Origin: an uncultured Pseudomonadota bacterium
GTDB taxonomy: Bacteria > Pseudomonadota > Gammaproteobacteria > Methylococcales > Methylomonadaceae
DNA: 64,000 bases
Assembly: GCA_903834465.1 (NCBI GenBank)
Contig: CAILJB010000036.1
Span: 4,386 to 68,385 of the forward strand
Direction of reading: 5' to 3'
The position numbers and the translations under genes are program-made. Under the pieces are notes generated by a model. It saw nothing but the letters and a program-made list of their open reading frames with translations. It did not search any database and was not told the origin of the DNA. This document shows, in pieces, positions 19,449 through 30,468 of the stretch; position 1 is the first letter of the stretch, and every line of letters starts with the position of its first letter.

Positions 19449-22400
19449 CTAATTCGCTTTCAAATACAGCAAGGCATCAATATCGTTATCTGTACGCGGC
19501 GGGTCGATTACCGTATCCAAAATAAACACACGCTCATTTGGCACCCCGCCTTGTTGCACAATGTATTTTGCAATTGCTCGAGCGCGAGCAGCGGCAAGTT
19601 TATTTAACCGTTTTTGTTCAACAGGTAAGGCTTCCGCCAACATTTTTTTCGCCACGCTGTAAAATTCACCCATTTCCGGTTTTACCAATTCAAAGCCGCC
19701 CAAGAACGACTTTTTTACCAATTGTGGGAATTTCGCTTTAAATTCTTGCGCGAGTAATTTTTGTACGTCGGCATCGTCTAATTCCACATATTCCGGACGA
19801 ATTTTCTGGCTATTGCTACGATTGATTTCTTCCGATTTCAATGTTTTTAATCGGTCAGTTAAGGCTTCGTCACGCAATATTTGCCAATCTTGTTCTTGGA
19901 ATGCAGTGCCTTTAATTTCCAATTTCAAGATGCTGCGTTCACGCAAAATTTTGGATAATCCCTCTAATTTTTGGCGTTGCCATTCTGTTAATTCGGATTG
20001 CCCAGCGGCAAATTGCACTACACTTAAATCATCGTCTGTGCCTAATAATTCAGCGATAGCATGAAACGGAGAGGTAACAACTTTTGTCACAACATTTAAT
20101 AACGCATCGCCAACAATGCTACTTAAATCAAAATGTGGGTCATTCAACGAACCGGTAATTGGTACGTCTAAATTTATACTGCCATTTACGTCTTTTAATA
20201 ACGCAATCGCTAAATCAAACGGCGCATCAACAGCGTGAGGATTGTCGATTTTTTCACCTAATTCAAATTGTTCAATCAGCAAATTATTCGTAGCTGTTAA
20301 TTCACCGGCGGTCACATCGTAATTCATGCCTAGCGACATTTTCCCTTTTTCAACTTTGTAACCTGAAAATTCCGCCATGTAAGCCGAAACTAATGGCAAC
20401 GGCATGCCTTTAAAATTTAATGCTGCGCGATAATCACCGACGTAAGGTTGAATTTTTCCTTTAATATCAACGGGGGCGAGATCGTAAGCATTGCCTTTTA
20501 ACGTAACGTGAATGGTTGATTCGTGGTCTGAAGAAATACCGGTTGCACCACCTTCTAAGCCTTTTATTTCCGCTGCAAATGGTAAAATCATTGAAAAGTC
20601 AGCAAACGAAGATGAACCATTAGAAATTTGCACATGGTCAAGTTTGAAATAAAAATTCGGTGAAATGGCTTGTTGTGCAGAATGTTTTTTCGTGTCTTTT
20701 TCAGACGGTGCGTTAATTAAAATATTGGCAAAATTGAGGGTTTTATCTTTAGCAATCACCACCCGCGCATACGGTTTTTCAAGTAACAATGCTGACGCGC
20801 TGTAACGTTGCGCTAAAACGTCTGCTTCGACATTTTTCAACGTCAAATTTTCCCATTTCACCAAATCTTTATTCTGAATTTGATCTCGAGTGATTAAACG
20901 TGCAATACCCGTATTACCTTTGAATTTAACGTCTAATTCGCCTTGTTCGCCTCGCACCACATCAAGTTTGCCATCCAAACTAAACACGCCTTTAATCAAA
21001 TCAAGGTGTGCGAATTTATCGACATACGATTGGAATTTTTCTAAATTAACAGCATTGATTTCAATATCCGATTGCGCGGCAAATGGGGATAAACCAGCAT
21101 TGCCTTTTAAATACAACGAACCACTGTTGTTAATGCCGGTGTTAAGTTCAAAAGGCAATTTTGCGCCCATTGTATTACTTAAGTGTGAGAGTTTTAAGGT
21201 CAGCGGTTTTACAGTAATCGACAAAGGTTTGGGTAATGTTTTATCTTCAAACACCGCGCCAAAATCGGTTAATTCAACGTTATCAATTTTAATTCCCCAA
21301 AACGTTTCACTGCGGGCATTACCAGCTTGCGATTCGGCGGCAACTTGCGTTTCATCTTCGGGCAAAAGCGTTTGATAATTTAACTCCCCATTTGGATTTA
21401 ACCACGCTTTGAAATCCGCATTTTTTGCTTGGATGGTGTTAATTGCTAATGTTTTCTTTTTTAAATCGAAGGCTAATTTTTTGAATTCTAATTGAGGCAG
21501 TTTGAAGAGCAATGTGTTTAACGTCGTATCGAACAGTTCTGCATCTTGCAAGGTAATAGCGGCTGTTTGCAGTGTTTGATTTTGAAAATTAAAACTAAAA
21601 TCAGTGAGTGCAATTTTTGGAATATCGAGCGTTGCTTGCCCTTCGCTGAAACGTAACGTATTTAATGCAAGCGTTTTAAATTGCATAGATTGTTGCGAAC
21701 TATCGTAATTCAAATCATCAAGGGCAATTTTTTGTAACGTAATTTGTCGCACCGATTTATCTTGGAAAGTTAAATTATTAAATGCAATCACACCGTTTTC
21801 GATAACAATCAGCGGTGTTTTTTCACCGAATGCTACATGATAAGTTGCCGATAATTCACCGTCACCAGAGGTGTTAAATTTTGTTTGAGGTAAAATTAAC
21901 GTAAGCAAATGTGATAGCGATACATGTTGCAGCGTGAATTTGCCGGTTGAGGCAAGTTGAGAAAATTGAAAATTACCGCTTAAATTTACTTCACCACCGT
22001 TTTGCCACATTGCATTTAAATTGAATTGAGCAGGTATTGAATCTTGCGTATTGAAATTGGTTAGTGTGAAATTGAACGGTGTGATTTCTTCGTGAGTCGA
22101 ATCGTCTTGCCAAACAAAATGCCCTTGCGTGAGCGCAATGTTTTTAATAGTGAGTGGGAATGTTTCACTATTTTTATCAGTCGGCGGCGAATCAGATTTA
22201 AATAATGCGTCGATATTTAACGCGCCGTCTTTTTGCTTAATGAGTTGCAAGAAGGGATGATTGAGCGTGATATTTTCGACAACGACACTTTTTGACATCA
22301 ACGATTCGTGTAAATTCACCTGAATGTCTAAATCTTCAAAACGAAACAGCGGCGTAGCTTCATTTTGTTGCAACGCGAATTGATGTAATTGTAATTTTAG

Positions 22401-22580
22401 CGTAATGGGATTGAATTCTGCTTTGGCTAAACCGGCTTGCAAGCCGGTTTTTTTAAAAATTAACGCCGGTAATTCGTGTTGCAACCATGCTGGAATTAAA
22501 TAAAATCCGGTCGCTAAATAGCCGCCCACCAATCCGGTAGGAATAAGAATGGTAACGGCAAGTTTAGCGAATCGTTTCAT
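19449..22580 (-). CDS. large DUF748/AsmA-like envelope protein
   Basis: It is 1043 aa with an N-terminal transmembrane anchor and a long beta-rich repetitive body. The C-terminal ARARAIAKYIVQQGGVPNERVFI block resembles an OmpA-like segment. This is a family-level call only. Confidence 0.65.
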   Translation of the reverse strand: MKRFAKLAVTILIPTGLVGGYLATGFYLIPAWLQHELPALIFKKTGLQAGLAKAEFNPITLKLQLHQFALQQNEATPLFRFEDLDIQVNLHESLMSKSVVVENITLNHPFLQLIKQKDGALNIDALFKSDSPPTDKNSETFPLTIKNIALTQGHFVWQDDSTHEEITPFNFTLTNFNTQDSIPAQFNLNAMWQNGGEVNLSGNFQFSQLASTGKFTLQHVSLSHLLTLILPQTKFNTSGDGELSATYHVAFGEKTPLIVIENGVIAFNNLTFQDKSVRQITLQKIALDDLNYDSSQQSMQFKTLALNTLRFSEGQATLDIPKIALTDFSFNFQNQTLQTAAITLQDAELFDTTLNTLLFKLPQLEFKKLAFDLKKKTLAINTIQAKNADFKAWLNPNGELNYQTLLPEDETQVAAESQAGNARSETFWGIKIDNVELTDFGAVFEDKTLPKPLSITVKPLTLKLSHLSNTMGAKLPFELNTGINNSGSLYLKGNAGLSPFAAQSDIEINAVNLEKFQSYVDKFAHLDLIKGVFSLDGKLDVVRGEQGELDVKFKGNTGIARLITRDQIQNKDLVKWENLTLKNVEADVLAQRYSASALLLEKPYARVVIAKDKTLNFANILINAPSEKDTKKHSAQQAISPNFYFKLDHVQISNGSSSFADFSMILPFAAEIKGLEGGATGISSDHESTIHVTLKGNAYDLAPVDIKGKIQPYVGDYRAALNFKGMPLPLVSAYMAEFSGYKVEKGKMSLGMNYDVTAGELTATNNLLIEQFELGEKIDNPHAVDAPFDLAIALLKDVNGSINLDVPITGSLNDPHFDLSSIVGDALLNVVTKVVTSPFHAIAELLGTDDDLSVVQFAAGQSELTEWQRQKLEGLSKILRERSILKLEIKGTAFQEQDWQILRDEALTDRLKTLKSEEINRSNSQKIRPEYVELDDADVQKLLAQEFKAKFPQLVKKSFLGGFELVKPEMGEFYSVAKKMLAEALPVEQKRLNKLAAARARAIAKYIVQQGGVPNERVFILDTVIDPPRTDNDIDALLYLKAN

Positions 22581-22585
22581 AGTAA

Positions 22586-23200
22586 CTATTCCAACAAATT
22601 CATCAGTAAGGGTTCTAAACGAAACGCTTGGCGCGTTTGAATCAAACGATTCGCAATGATAATACTTTTAATTTCATTTAAGGCGATATTGAAATTGTCG
22701 TTAACAATTAGATAATCGAATTCGGCGTAATGGCTCATTTCCGCAACAGCATCGCGCATACGACGTGCAATGACTTCCGCATCATCTTTGCCACGACCTT
22801 CTAAACGTTGCCGCAATATTTCAATAGACGGTGGCAAAATGAAAATAGAAACGCTACTAGGAATTAAATGGCGAACTTGTTGTGCGCCCTGCCAATCGAT
22901 TTCTAAAATGACATCTTGACCTTGTGCTAAATGCGTTTCAATGGTTTGTTGTGCCGTGCCGTAAAAATTATCGAAAACTTGGGCAGATTCTAAAAACGCA
23001 TTTTCATGTTTCATCACCTGAAATTCATCGACACTCACAAAAAAATAATCTCGCCCGTGGATTTCACCTTTACGACTCTGGCGTGTGGTATGTGATACCG
23101 ATACAATGAGATTTTGCGTTTCAGCAACCAGTTTTTTTACTAAAGTGGTTTTGCCTGCACCTGATGGTGCAGAAATAATGTAAAGTTTGCCTTTATTCAT
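22586..23200 (-). CDS. gmk: guanylate kinase
   Basis: It has the P-loop [10 protein letters not shown] and HTTR..R.GE..G.DY.F. I chose the MNKGKLYI start at 23200. Confidence 0.9.
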   Translation of the reverse strand: MNKGKLYIISAPSGAGKTTLVKKLVAETQNLIVSVSHTTRQSRKGEIHGRDYFFVSVDEFQVMKHENAFLESAQVFDNFYGTAQQTIETHLAQGQDVILEIDWQGAQQVRHLIPSSVSIFILPPSIEILRQRLEGRGKDDAEVIARRMRDAVAEMSHYAEFDYLIVNDNFNIALNEIKSIIIANRLIQTRQAFRLEPLLMNLLE

Positions 23201-23290
23201 GATTTTTTGCGTTAAGTTAAAAATAGAGTTTAGAGGGCATTTTAACAACGTTCATTTCAATAGTCAGGTTCATTCAAAAAAGGAAATACA

Positions 23291-23815
23291 ATGAGCATAA
23301 GAAATTTTAATAATGAAACCCCTAAATTAGGCGAGAATGTGTACATTGACGACAGCGCAATCGTCATTGGCGCGGTAACGTTAGGCGATAATGTATCCAT
23401 TTGGCCAACAGCGGTGGTGCGTGGTGATGTTGAAAAAATTACCGTTGGAGCAGATACCAATGTGCAAGATGGCGCAGTGTTGCATGTTTCGCATCAAGGA
23501 CAATTTTCAGAACGTGGGCATCCGTTAAAAATAGGGCAGGGCGTAACAATCGGACATCGTGCTGTCATTCATGGTTGCACGGTGGGTGATTATTGTTTGA
23601 TTGGCATTGGCGCGATTGTGATGGACGATGCCGTTTTGGAAGATTATGTGATGTTAGGAGCGGGTGCTTTAGTGCCGCCAAATAAAAAACTCGAAAGTGG
23701 TTATTTATACGTCGGTTCACCCGCGAAACAAAGTCGCGCTTTAAGCGAAGATGAAAAAGAATTTTTGCGTTATTCTGCGGCGCATTATGTGCATTTAAAA
23801 AATCAGTATATGTGA
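23291..23815 (+). CDS. gamma-class carbonic anhydrase family / hexapeptide-repeat protein (YrdA-like)
   Basis: It has left-handed beta-helix hexapeptide repeats, H residues in VLHV.H and IGHRAVIHGC, and a YrdA-like length. Confidence 0.8.
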   Translation: MSIRNFNNETPKLGENVYIDDSAIVIGAVTLGDNVSIWPTAVVRGDVEKITVGADTNVQDGAVLHVSHQGQFSERGHPLKIGQGVTIGHRAVIHGCTVGDYCLIGIGAIVMDDAVLEDYVMLGAGALVPPNKKLESGYLYVGSPAKQSRALSEDEKEFLRYSAAHYVHLKNQYM

Positions 23816-23826
23816 TTATCGGTATT

Positions 23827-23868
23827 GCCCCGATTTGCAATGATGCAATCGGGGCTTTCTTATTTTTT
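23827..23868. terminator. bidirectional stem-loop between convergent genes
   Basis: The arms are GCCCCGATTTGCA and TGCAATCGGGGC (one bulge), followed by TTTCTTATTTTTT. Confidence 0.65.
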
Positions 23869-23872
23869 ATCA

Positions 23873-24799
23873 TCAAAAACCAAAGCCTAAATAGCCACCC
23901 GCAGAAACACCATCCGTTCTCACGCCGTCATTGGAATCAAGACTTAAATGATAACGTGCGTCAACGCCAGCATATAAATCTTTCCAAATTTTATAGTCTG
24001 CACCTGCACCAAATTGAATACCGGGATTGATATAAGTTACGCCAACGGATGGTGGACTAATCACATTGATTTCAAGACCTGCTGGAATCAACCAAGGACG
24101 GAAATCGCTACCTTTAAATAATTTAACTTTTGGCGAGGCAGCTAACGTAAATTGACTAACTGTTACACCTTGACTTGTTAAAGGGCTAGGAATTCTATCT
24201 TGGAATTCTTTGTAGTCGAACATCAACTCAGCAAATAATTCTGTGTCTTTGGGAGCTAAACCAAATAAGCCATCATTCAAACTCCAATCAAAGCCTGCAC
24301 CAAAATACCAAGCGTCTTGTGGCACTGAATTTGCGCCTGCTAACGGGTCGCCACTTACGCCCAAATCTTTACTACCTAAAAGACCACCACCTGCATTTGC
24401 ACCTGTTATGCCACCACGATTGTTATTTGCATGGTTATAACCACCACGGAAAAACACAAGGTTGTCTTTGCTGCCTTTTGTTGTTCCTTCCGCTTTAACA
24501 GAATTTGCCCATGTTTCTAATTCTTGAACTTTTGCCGTGTCTTGATCCACATGCGGACGATTTACTACCGCTCTTAAATTACGATTTTCAGCTTGCACTG
24601 CCTGTAGTTGAGATTCTAAGGCATTCACTTTTTCATTGATACGTTCAAGTGAATAGGGGGTGGTTGAAGTAACAATTGATTTTGTGTGTTTATATTTTTT
24701 TGGTGTTTCATTAGCTTGAGCCGTAGAGACCAAAGCAGTTGCTGTACAGGACAATAATGTTATCAATAAAAAATTTGGCTTTGCGTTTGATAGAGTCAT
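23873..24799 (-). CDS. outer-membrane beta-barrel protein with N-terminal coiled coil
   Basis: It has a signal peptide (…STAQA), a heptad-like segment, alternating beta-strand pattern and a C-terminal ...GGYLGFGF ending in Phe. Confidence 0.55.
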   Translation of the reverse strand: MTLSNAKPNFLLITLLSCTATALVSTAQANETPKKYKHTKSIVTSTTPYSLERINEKVNALESQLQAVQAENRNLRAVVNRPHVDQDTAKVQELETWANSVKAEGTTKGSKDNLVFFRGGYNHANNNRGGITGANAGGGLLGSKDLGVSGDPLAGANSVPQDAWYFGAGFDWSLNDGLFGLAPKDTELFAELMFDYKEFQDRIPSPLTSQGVTVSQFTLAASPKVKLFKGSDFRPWLIPAGLEINVISPPSVGVTYINPGIQFGAGADYKIWKDLYAGVDARYHLSLDSNDGVRTDGVSAGGYLGFGF

Positions 24800-25050
24800 G
24801 CTTTTACCCTCATTAAGTTATCAGTAGAAAATTTGAGCATGTTGAGAACATGCAATGTTGTTGCATGATATGAAGGACGTGCAGAAAAATGAAACGTTAA
24901 AATCTGATATATATATCTTGAGATTCGATTAACGTAATGGGAAATAGTGGTGAAAAAAGAGAGGTGTTTTTTTGTATACGTTAGAGCAGAAAAACACATC
25001 AAAATCTGGTATTGTTGCGCTTCAAATTTGTTACCCATTTCTTAATTCTC

Positions 25051-25593
25051 ATGAAACCCATCACAACCCCTATTCCTGATTTATTTATTTTTGAACCCAA
25101 AGTTTTTGGTGATACACGCGGTTTTTTTCTGGAAAGTTTTAATCAAAAAACGTTTCAAAATCTTACCGGACTCGATGTCACCTTTGTGCAAGATAACCAT
25201 TCTCGCTCAAGTAAAAACGTGTTACGCGGTCTGCATTATCAAATCCAACAACCACAAGGCAAATTAGTGCGTGTTGTCAGCGGTAGCGTGTTTGATGTGG
25301 CAGTTGATTTGCGAAAATCATCGCCGACTTTTGGCAAATGGCACGGCGTGGAACTCAGCGGTGAAAATCATCGCCAATTTTGGGTACCTGCTGGTTTTGC
25401 ACATGGCTTTTTGGTGTTATCGGAAACAGCGGATTTTTTATATAAAACAACCGATTATTACGCACCACAATTTGAACGGTGCGTGCGTTGGAATGATGCT
25501 GAAGTCGGCATTGATTGGGGAATTGGCGAGCCGCTTTTGTCTGCAAAAGATGCCCAAGGTTTAGCATTGCGTGATGCTGAGGTTTTTGCATGA
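25051..25593 (+). CDS. rfbC: dTDP-4-dehydrorhamnose 3,5-epimerase
   Basis: It shows FGD.RGFF.E, RGLHYQ and the FW.P.GFAHGF blocks. I chose the MKPITT start. Confidence 0.9.
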   Translation: MKPITTPIPDLFIFEPKVFGDTRGFFLESFNQKTFQNLTGLDVTFVQDNHSRSSKNVLRGLHYQIQQPQGKLVRVVSGSVFDVAVDLRKSSPTFGKWHGVELSGENHRQFWVPAGFAHGFLVLSETADFLYKTTDYYAPQFERCVRWNDAEVGIDWGIGEPLLSAKDAQGLALRDAEVFA

Positions 25594-26474
25594 AAATTTT
25601 ACTCACCGGTTGCAATGGACAAGTCGGTTGGGAACTTGCACGAACCTTATTACCGTTGGGCGAAGTGATAGCCTTAAATCGTGAGCAAGCTGATTTTTCG
25701 AATTTAGAAAAACTGCGTGCAACCGTTCAAACCATTCAACCCGATGTGATTGTGAATGCTGCTGCGTATACCGCTGTTGATAAAGCTGAAACGGAACGAG
25801 AGTTAGCTTTTTTGATTAACACACAAGCCGTTGAGGTGTTGGCGCAAGAAGCAAAAAAATTGAATGCGTTGTTAATTCATTATTCAACCGATTATGTTTT
25901 CGATGGTACAAAAGACGCGCCTTATTATGAAAACGATGCCACAAATCCATTAAATATTTACGGCGAAAGTAAATTAGCCGGTGAGCAAGCCATCCAAACT
26001 AGCGGCGCGGATTATTTGATTTTACGCACAACGTGGGTTTTCGCATCGCGTGGACAGAATTTTGTGAAAAGTATTTTGAGACTTGCCGCCGAACGTGAAG
26101 AATTAAACATTGTCGCCGACCAAATCGGTGCGCCGACATGGGCGCGTTTGATTGCGGAAACCACGGCACATATTTTAAAACATGCACAACAAGAGCGTGT
26201 CACAAAAACATTTGCATCTGGGATTTATAATTTAACCAGTTCTGGCGAAACGTCGTGGCATGGTTTTGCGGAAAAAATTGTTGAATTAGCGCGTTTGCAA
26301 AATTACGAATTTAAAAATCGGGTTATCAATCCCATTCCAACGTCAGCTTATCCATTGCCAGCAAAACGTCCAGCGAATTCACGCCTTTCAACAGAACGTT
26401 TAACGCAACGTTTTGGTTTAATCATGCCGACGTGGGAAGACACGCTCAAACTTTGTTTGGAAGAACTCAAATGA
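25590..26474 (+). CDS. rfbD: dTDP-4-dehydrorhamnose reductase
   Basis: It has the N-terminal Rossmann motif GCNGQVG and YS TDYVFDG, and it is start/stop coupled with its neighbours. Confidence 0.9.
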   Translation: MKILLTGCNGQVGWELARTLLPLGEVIALNREQADFSNLEKLRATVQTIQPDVIVNAAAYTAVDKAETERELAFLINTQAVEVLAQEAKKLNALLIHYSTDYVFDGTKDAPYYENDATNPLNIYGESKLAGEQAIQTSGADYLILRTTWVFASRGQNFVKSILRLAAEREELNIVADQIGAPTWARLIAETTAHILKHAQQERVTKTFASGIYNLTSSGETSWHGFAEKIVELARLQNYEFKNRVINPIPTSAYPLPAKRPANSRLSTERLTQRFGLIMPTWEDTLKLCLEELK

Positions 26475-27541
26475 AAATTTTAATCACAGGTGGCGCGGGA
26501 TTTATTGGTTCTGCGTTGATTCGTTATTTAATTAACGACACGCAACACAGCGTTTTAAACGTAGATAAATTAACGTATGCGGGAAATTTAGAATCGCTGG
26601 TTTCGGTTTCAGACAATCCACGTTATGCGTTTGCACAAGTCGATATTTGTGACGGTGAAAAAATCCGTGATTTATTTGCCGATTATCAACCCGATGCGGT
26701 GATGCACCTTGCCGCCGAATCACACGTTGATCGTTCCATTGATAAACCAGCGGCATTTATTGAAACCAACATTGTCGGCACTTACACGTTGCTCGAAGCG
26801 GCACGGCAATATTGGACAAACTTAGACGCGACGAAAAAAGCGGCGTTTCGTTTTCACCATATTTCGACCGATGAAGTGTTTGGTGATTTACATGGTACGG
26901 ATGATTTGTTTACTGAAACGACACCGTATGCACCGAGTTCGCCGTATTCTGCTTCAAAAGCCAGTTCCGACCATTTAGTTCGTGCATGGCAACGCACTTA
27001 CGGGCTGCCAGTTATTGTCACGAATTGCTCGAATAATTACGGACATTTCCAATTCCCTGAAAAATTGATTCCAGTCGTAATTTTAAATGCACTGGAAGGA
27101 AAACCGTTGCCCGTTTATGGAAATGGTCAGCAAATCCGTGATTGGTTGTTTGTCGATGACCACGCGCGAGCGTTATTGACGGTGCTTGAAAAAGGCACAA
27201 TCGGCGAAACCTATAACATTGGCGGTCATAACGAAAAAGCGAATTTAACCGTCGTGCAAACGCTGTGTGAAATTCTGGATGAATTAAAACCCGATAAACC
27301 GAACGATATTAAAAATTACGCCGAGTTGATTACTTACGTCACAGACCGACCGGGACATGATTTACGTTATGCGATTGATGCGAGCAAAATTGCGCGTGAA
27401 TTAGGCTGGATGCCACAAGAAACGTTTGAAACTGGTTTACGGAAAACAGTGCAGTGGTATTTGGATAATTTAGCGTGGTGTCAGCATATTCAAGATGGCA
27501 GTTATCAACGTGAACGCTTAGGTTTGAAGGAAAACGCATGA
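26471..27541 (+). CDS. rfbB: dTDP-glucose 4,6-dehydratase
   Basis: It has [18 protein letters not shown] (YxxxK) and overall RfbB similarity. I chose the MKILITGG start, which gives an ATGA overlap with rfbD. Confidence 0.95.
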   Translation: MKILITGGAGFIGSALIRYLINDTQHSVLNVDKLTYAGNLESLVSVSDNPRYAFAQVDICDGEKIRDLFADYQPDAVMHLAAESHVDRSIDKPAAFIETNIVGTYTLLEAARQYWTNLDATKKAAFRFHHISTDEVFGDLHGTDDLFTETTPYAPSSPYSASKASSDHLVRAWQRTYGLPVIVTNCSNNYGHFQFPEKLIPVVILNALEGKPLPVYGNGQQIRDWLFVDDHARALLTVLEKGTIGETYNIGGHNEKANLTVVQTLCEILDELKPDKPNDIKNYAELITYVTDRPGHDLRYAIDASKIARELGWMPQETFETGLRKTVQWYLDNLAWCQHIQDGSYQRERLGLKENA

Positions 27542-28434
27542 ACTGGAAAGGTATAATTTTAGCGGGTGGCGCGGGAACACGTTTGCATCCGATTACCAAA
27601 GCGGTTTCAAAACAGCTTTTGCCAGTTTATGACAAACCGATGATTTATTATCCCTTGTCGGTATTGATGTTGGCGGGAATTCGAGACATTTTGATTATCA
27701 CCACACCCGAAGATCAACAGAATTTTAAAAATTTATTGGGGGATGGTTCGGATTTTGGTGTGCGAATCGAATACGCGGTGCAACCTAAACCAGAAGGTTT
27801 AGCGCAAGCGTTTTTAATCGGCGAAGAGTTCATTGGTGATAGTCATACTTGTTTGGTTTTAGGCGATAACATTTTTTTCGGACAAGGTTTTTCTGGCAGT
27901 TTAAAACAAGCCTTGCAATGCGAAAGTGGCGCGACGGTTTTTGGTTATCAAGTCAAAGACGCAGAGCGTTTTGGTGTGGTGGAATTTGACGACAATAAAA
28001 AAGCGATTTCCATTGAAGAAAAACCCGCACAACCTAAATCGAATTTTGCAGTCACGGGTTTGTATTTTTATGACAATCGCGTAATTGAGATTGCCAAAAA
28101 CATTAAACCCTCCGCGCGTGGCGAACTTGAAATTACCGAAGTGAATCAAACGTATTTAAACGCGGGCGAGTTAAACGTTGAAATTTTAGGGCGTGGTTTT
28201 GCGTGGCTTGATACGGGAACGCATGATAGTTTGCTCGAAGCCGGGCAATTTGTGCAAACCATCGAACATCGCCAAGGCTTGAAAGTGGCATGTTTGGAAG
28301 AGATTGCGTTTAATAATGGTTGGATGACGGAGGCAGATTTAAAAAACCGTGCTGCCGCATTGTCTAAAACGGCTTATGGACAGTATTTGTTGGAATTGAG
28401 TTGTTCATCGTCTAACCAAGAATCTAAAATTTAA
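27538..28434 (+). CDS. rfbA: glucose-1-phosphate thymidylyltransferase
   Basis: It shows [33 protein letters not shown], which is classic RmlA. Confidence 0.95.
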   Translation: MNWKGIILAGGAGTRLHPITKAVSKQLLPVYDKPMIYYPLSVLMLAGIRDILIITTPEDQQNFKNLLGDGSDFGVRIEYAVQPKPEGLAQAFLIGEEFIGDSHTCLVLGDNIFFGQGFSGSLKQALQCESGATVFGYQVKDAERFGVVEFDDNKKAISIEEKPAQPKSNFAVTGLYFYDNRVIEIAKNIKPSARGELEITEVNQTYLNAGELNVEILGRGFAWLDTGTHDSLLEAGQFVQTIEHRQGLKVACLEEIAFNNGWMTEADLKNRAAALSKTAYGQYLLELSCSSSNQESKI

Positions 28435-28439
28435 TGTAA

Positions 28440-29915
28440 ATGATGACAATTCCCACTGACTTGTATCGTACCGATCAAATTAAAGTTTTAGAACAATTCG
28501 TTATTCAACGCGGTATTATTTCTGGCTTTGAATTGATGCAACGTGCAGGTAAAGCTGTGTTTGAGTGTTTGCAAGCACGTTATCCTCATGTGCAAAACAT
28601 TGTTGTATTTTGCGGCGCGGGTAATAATGCGGGGGATGGTTATATTGTGGCAACGTTGGCATTGCAAGCGGGTTTAAGCGTTTGTGTTTACAGTGTTACA
28701 AATCCTGCATTGTTGAAAGGTGACGCTCTTTTAGCTTACCAGCAATATGCTCAAGCGCGGGGCGAAGTGAGACCGTTTTCAGCAACTGTTGATATTACAA
28801 CGGATTTATTTGTTGATGCGTTGTTAGGAACGGGGCTGAGTCGCCCAGTTTCTGACATTTACGCTCAAGCGATTCGCGTAATGAATCGCAGTTTTGCCAA
28901 GGTAATTGCTATTGATATTCCATCAGGGCTAAATGCTGATACGGGGAATGTTGACGGGGAAGCAGTTGAAGCGGACATTACAGTGACCTTCATTGGTTTA
29001 AAACAAGGTTTGTTTACGGGATTTGCTGTGCAGTACGTCGGAGATATTGTTTATGCGTCTTTGGATTTACCATCTGAAGTATGGCAAACCGTCACGTCTT
29101 CCACGCAACGTGTGTTACCAAAATCCTTACCGCCACGTCCACGTTATGCACACAAAGGTAATTTCGGTCATGTGTTAATTATCGGTGGCGATGTCGGCTA
29201 TTCCGGTGCCGCGCGATTAGCGGGAATGGCGGCATTGCGTTGTGGAGCTGGCTTGGTCAGTATTGCAACGCATCCTGAAAATGCGGTGGTGATGAATGTA
29301 ATCTGTCCAGAATTGATGTGTCATGGTATTCAAACTGTAGCGCAACTTATCCCATTATTATCGAAAGCGAGCGTCATCGTTATTGGAACAGGCTTAGGGC
29401 AAAGTGATTGGGCAAAAGCCTTGTTTCATACGGCATTATCGATGGATAAACCATTGATTATTGATGCGGATGGTTTGAATTTATTGGCGCAATCGCCGTG
29501 TAAAAAAACGAATTGGGTATTAACGCCCCACGTTGGAGAAGCAGCGCGATTATTAGCCGTAACAACTAGCGTGATTCAAATAGACCGTTTTCAGTCGGTT
29601 AAAGTATTGCAACAACAATACGGTGGCGTAGTTCTTCTTAAAGGTGCGGGGACATTGATTGCTTCAGAAAATATGCTTGCTGTTTCCAATACAGGCAATG
29701 CGGGAATGGCTTCGGGGGGTATGGGCGATGTGTTAGCAGGTGTTATTGCAGGTTTAATTACCCAAGGGATGTCGTTGCAAGAAGCGGTGCAACAAGGTGT
29801 TTACGGACACGGTTTGGCAGCAGATGAAGCCGTTAAAGTCGATGGTGAACGTGGATTATTAGCCAGCGATTTGTTACCGCATTTAAGACGGTGGGTTAAT
29901 CAATGGGAATTTTAA
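28440..29915 (+). CDS. nnr: bifunctional NAD(P)H-hydrate epimerase / ADP-dependent dehydratase
   Basis: It has the YjeF_N block (GAGNNAGDGY) and the C-terminal carbohydrate-kinase block (GNAGMASGGMGDVLAG). Confidence 0.9.
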   Translation: MMTIPTDLYRTDQIKVLEQFVIQRGIISGFELMQRAGKAVFECLQARYPHVQNIVVFCGAGNNAGDGYIVATLALQAGLSVCVYSVTNPALLKGDALLAYQQYAQARGEVRPFSATVDITTDLFVDALLGTGLSRPVSDIYAQAIRVMNRSFAKVIAIDIPSGLNADTGNVDGEAVEADITVTFIGLKQGLFTGFAVQYVGDIVYASLDLPSEVWQTVTSSTQRVLPKSLPPRPRYAHKGNFGHVLIIGGDVGYSGAARLAGMAALRCGAGLVSIATHPENAVVMNVICPELMCHGIQTVAQLIPLLSKASVIVIGTGLGQSDWAKALFHTALSMDKPLIIDADGLNLLAQSPCKKTNWVLTPHVGEAARLLAVTTSVIQIDRFQSVKVLQQQYGGVVLLKGAGTLIASENMLAVSNTGNAGMASGGMGDVLAGVIAGLITQGMSLQEAVQQGVYGHGLAADEAVKVDGERGLLASDLLPHLRRWVNQWEF

Positions 29916-30034
29916 TTTTTATCGTAATACTATTATTTGTAGCAGGTGGGTTGTTAATTTTGCTCCGCAGCGCAAACAGCCACAAAATTCCAAGTAACAT
30001 CAAAGCGCAACCTTACCGCGATGAGGACGATTAA
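29903..30034 (+). CDS. 43-aa single-pass membrane protein, not in the ORF track (possibly DUF2897-like)
   Basis: I translated it by hand as MGILIFIVILLFVAGGLLILLRSANSHKIPSNIKAQPYRDEDD*. GGTGGG lies 6 nt upstream of the ATG. It overlaps the nnr stop by 13 nt and the dtd stop by 4 nt. Confidence 0.45.
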   Translation: MGILIFIVILLFVAGGLLILLRSANSHKIPSNIKAQPYRDEDD

Positions 30035-30468
30035 ACTTTAAGTGTAAATGTCACAGGACCATCGTTAATTAACGCCACTTTCATATCTGCACCAAATTCA
30101 CCAAATTGAACGTTATCATAAACTATTAAAACGTGCTGCTGTAAATAAGCAAACATTTCGCGTCCAAATTCGGGTGGTGCAGCAGAAGCAAAGCTTGGAC
30201 GATTGCCTTTATCCGTATTGGCAGCGAGGGTAAATTGCGGCACAAGCAATAATCCGCCCCGAATATCACGCAAACTTAAATTCATTTTGTCGTCACTGTC
30301 CGCAAAAATGCGGTAATTCAAAATGCGTTCAACTAATCTTTCAGTTATTGCAAACGTATCATTTTTTTCAACGGCAACTAAAGCCATAATACCCTGTTCA
30401 ATATTGCCAATTATCTGATGGTTTACAGTTACACTGGCTTGGGTCACACGCTGAATAATCGTAATCAT
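30031..30468 (-). CDS. dtd: D-aminoacyl-tRNA deacylase
   Basis: It starts MITIIQRV..ASV, contains SQFTL-type (PQFTLAA) and NDGPVTF motifs, and is 145 aa. Confidence 0.9.
   Translation of the reverse strand: MITIIQRVTQASVTVNHQIIGNIEQGIMALVAVEKNDTFAITERLVERILNYRIFADSDDKMNLSLRDIRGGLLLVPQFTLAANTDKGNRPSFASAAPPEFGREMFAYLQQHVLIVYDNVQFGEFGADMKVALINDGPVTFTLKV

Noticed and set aside
24800-25050. The 250-nt region upstream of rfbC was examined for a JUMPstart/ops element (GGCGGTAG) and for an RNA gene. It contains overlapping small palindromes (CATGTT..AACATG and ATGCAA..TTGCAT) and an (AT)5 run at 24907-24916.
   Set aside because: There is no ops match, and the palindromes are short (6-7 bp) and unremarkable for AT-rich promoter DNA. 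Nothing supports a structured RNA.
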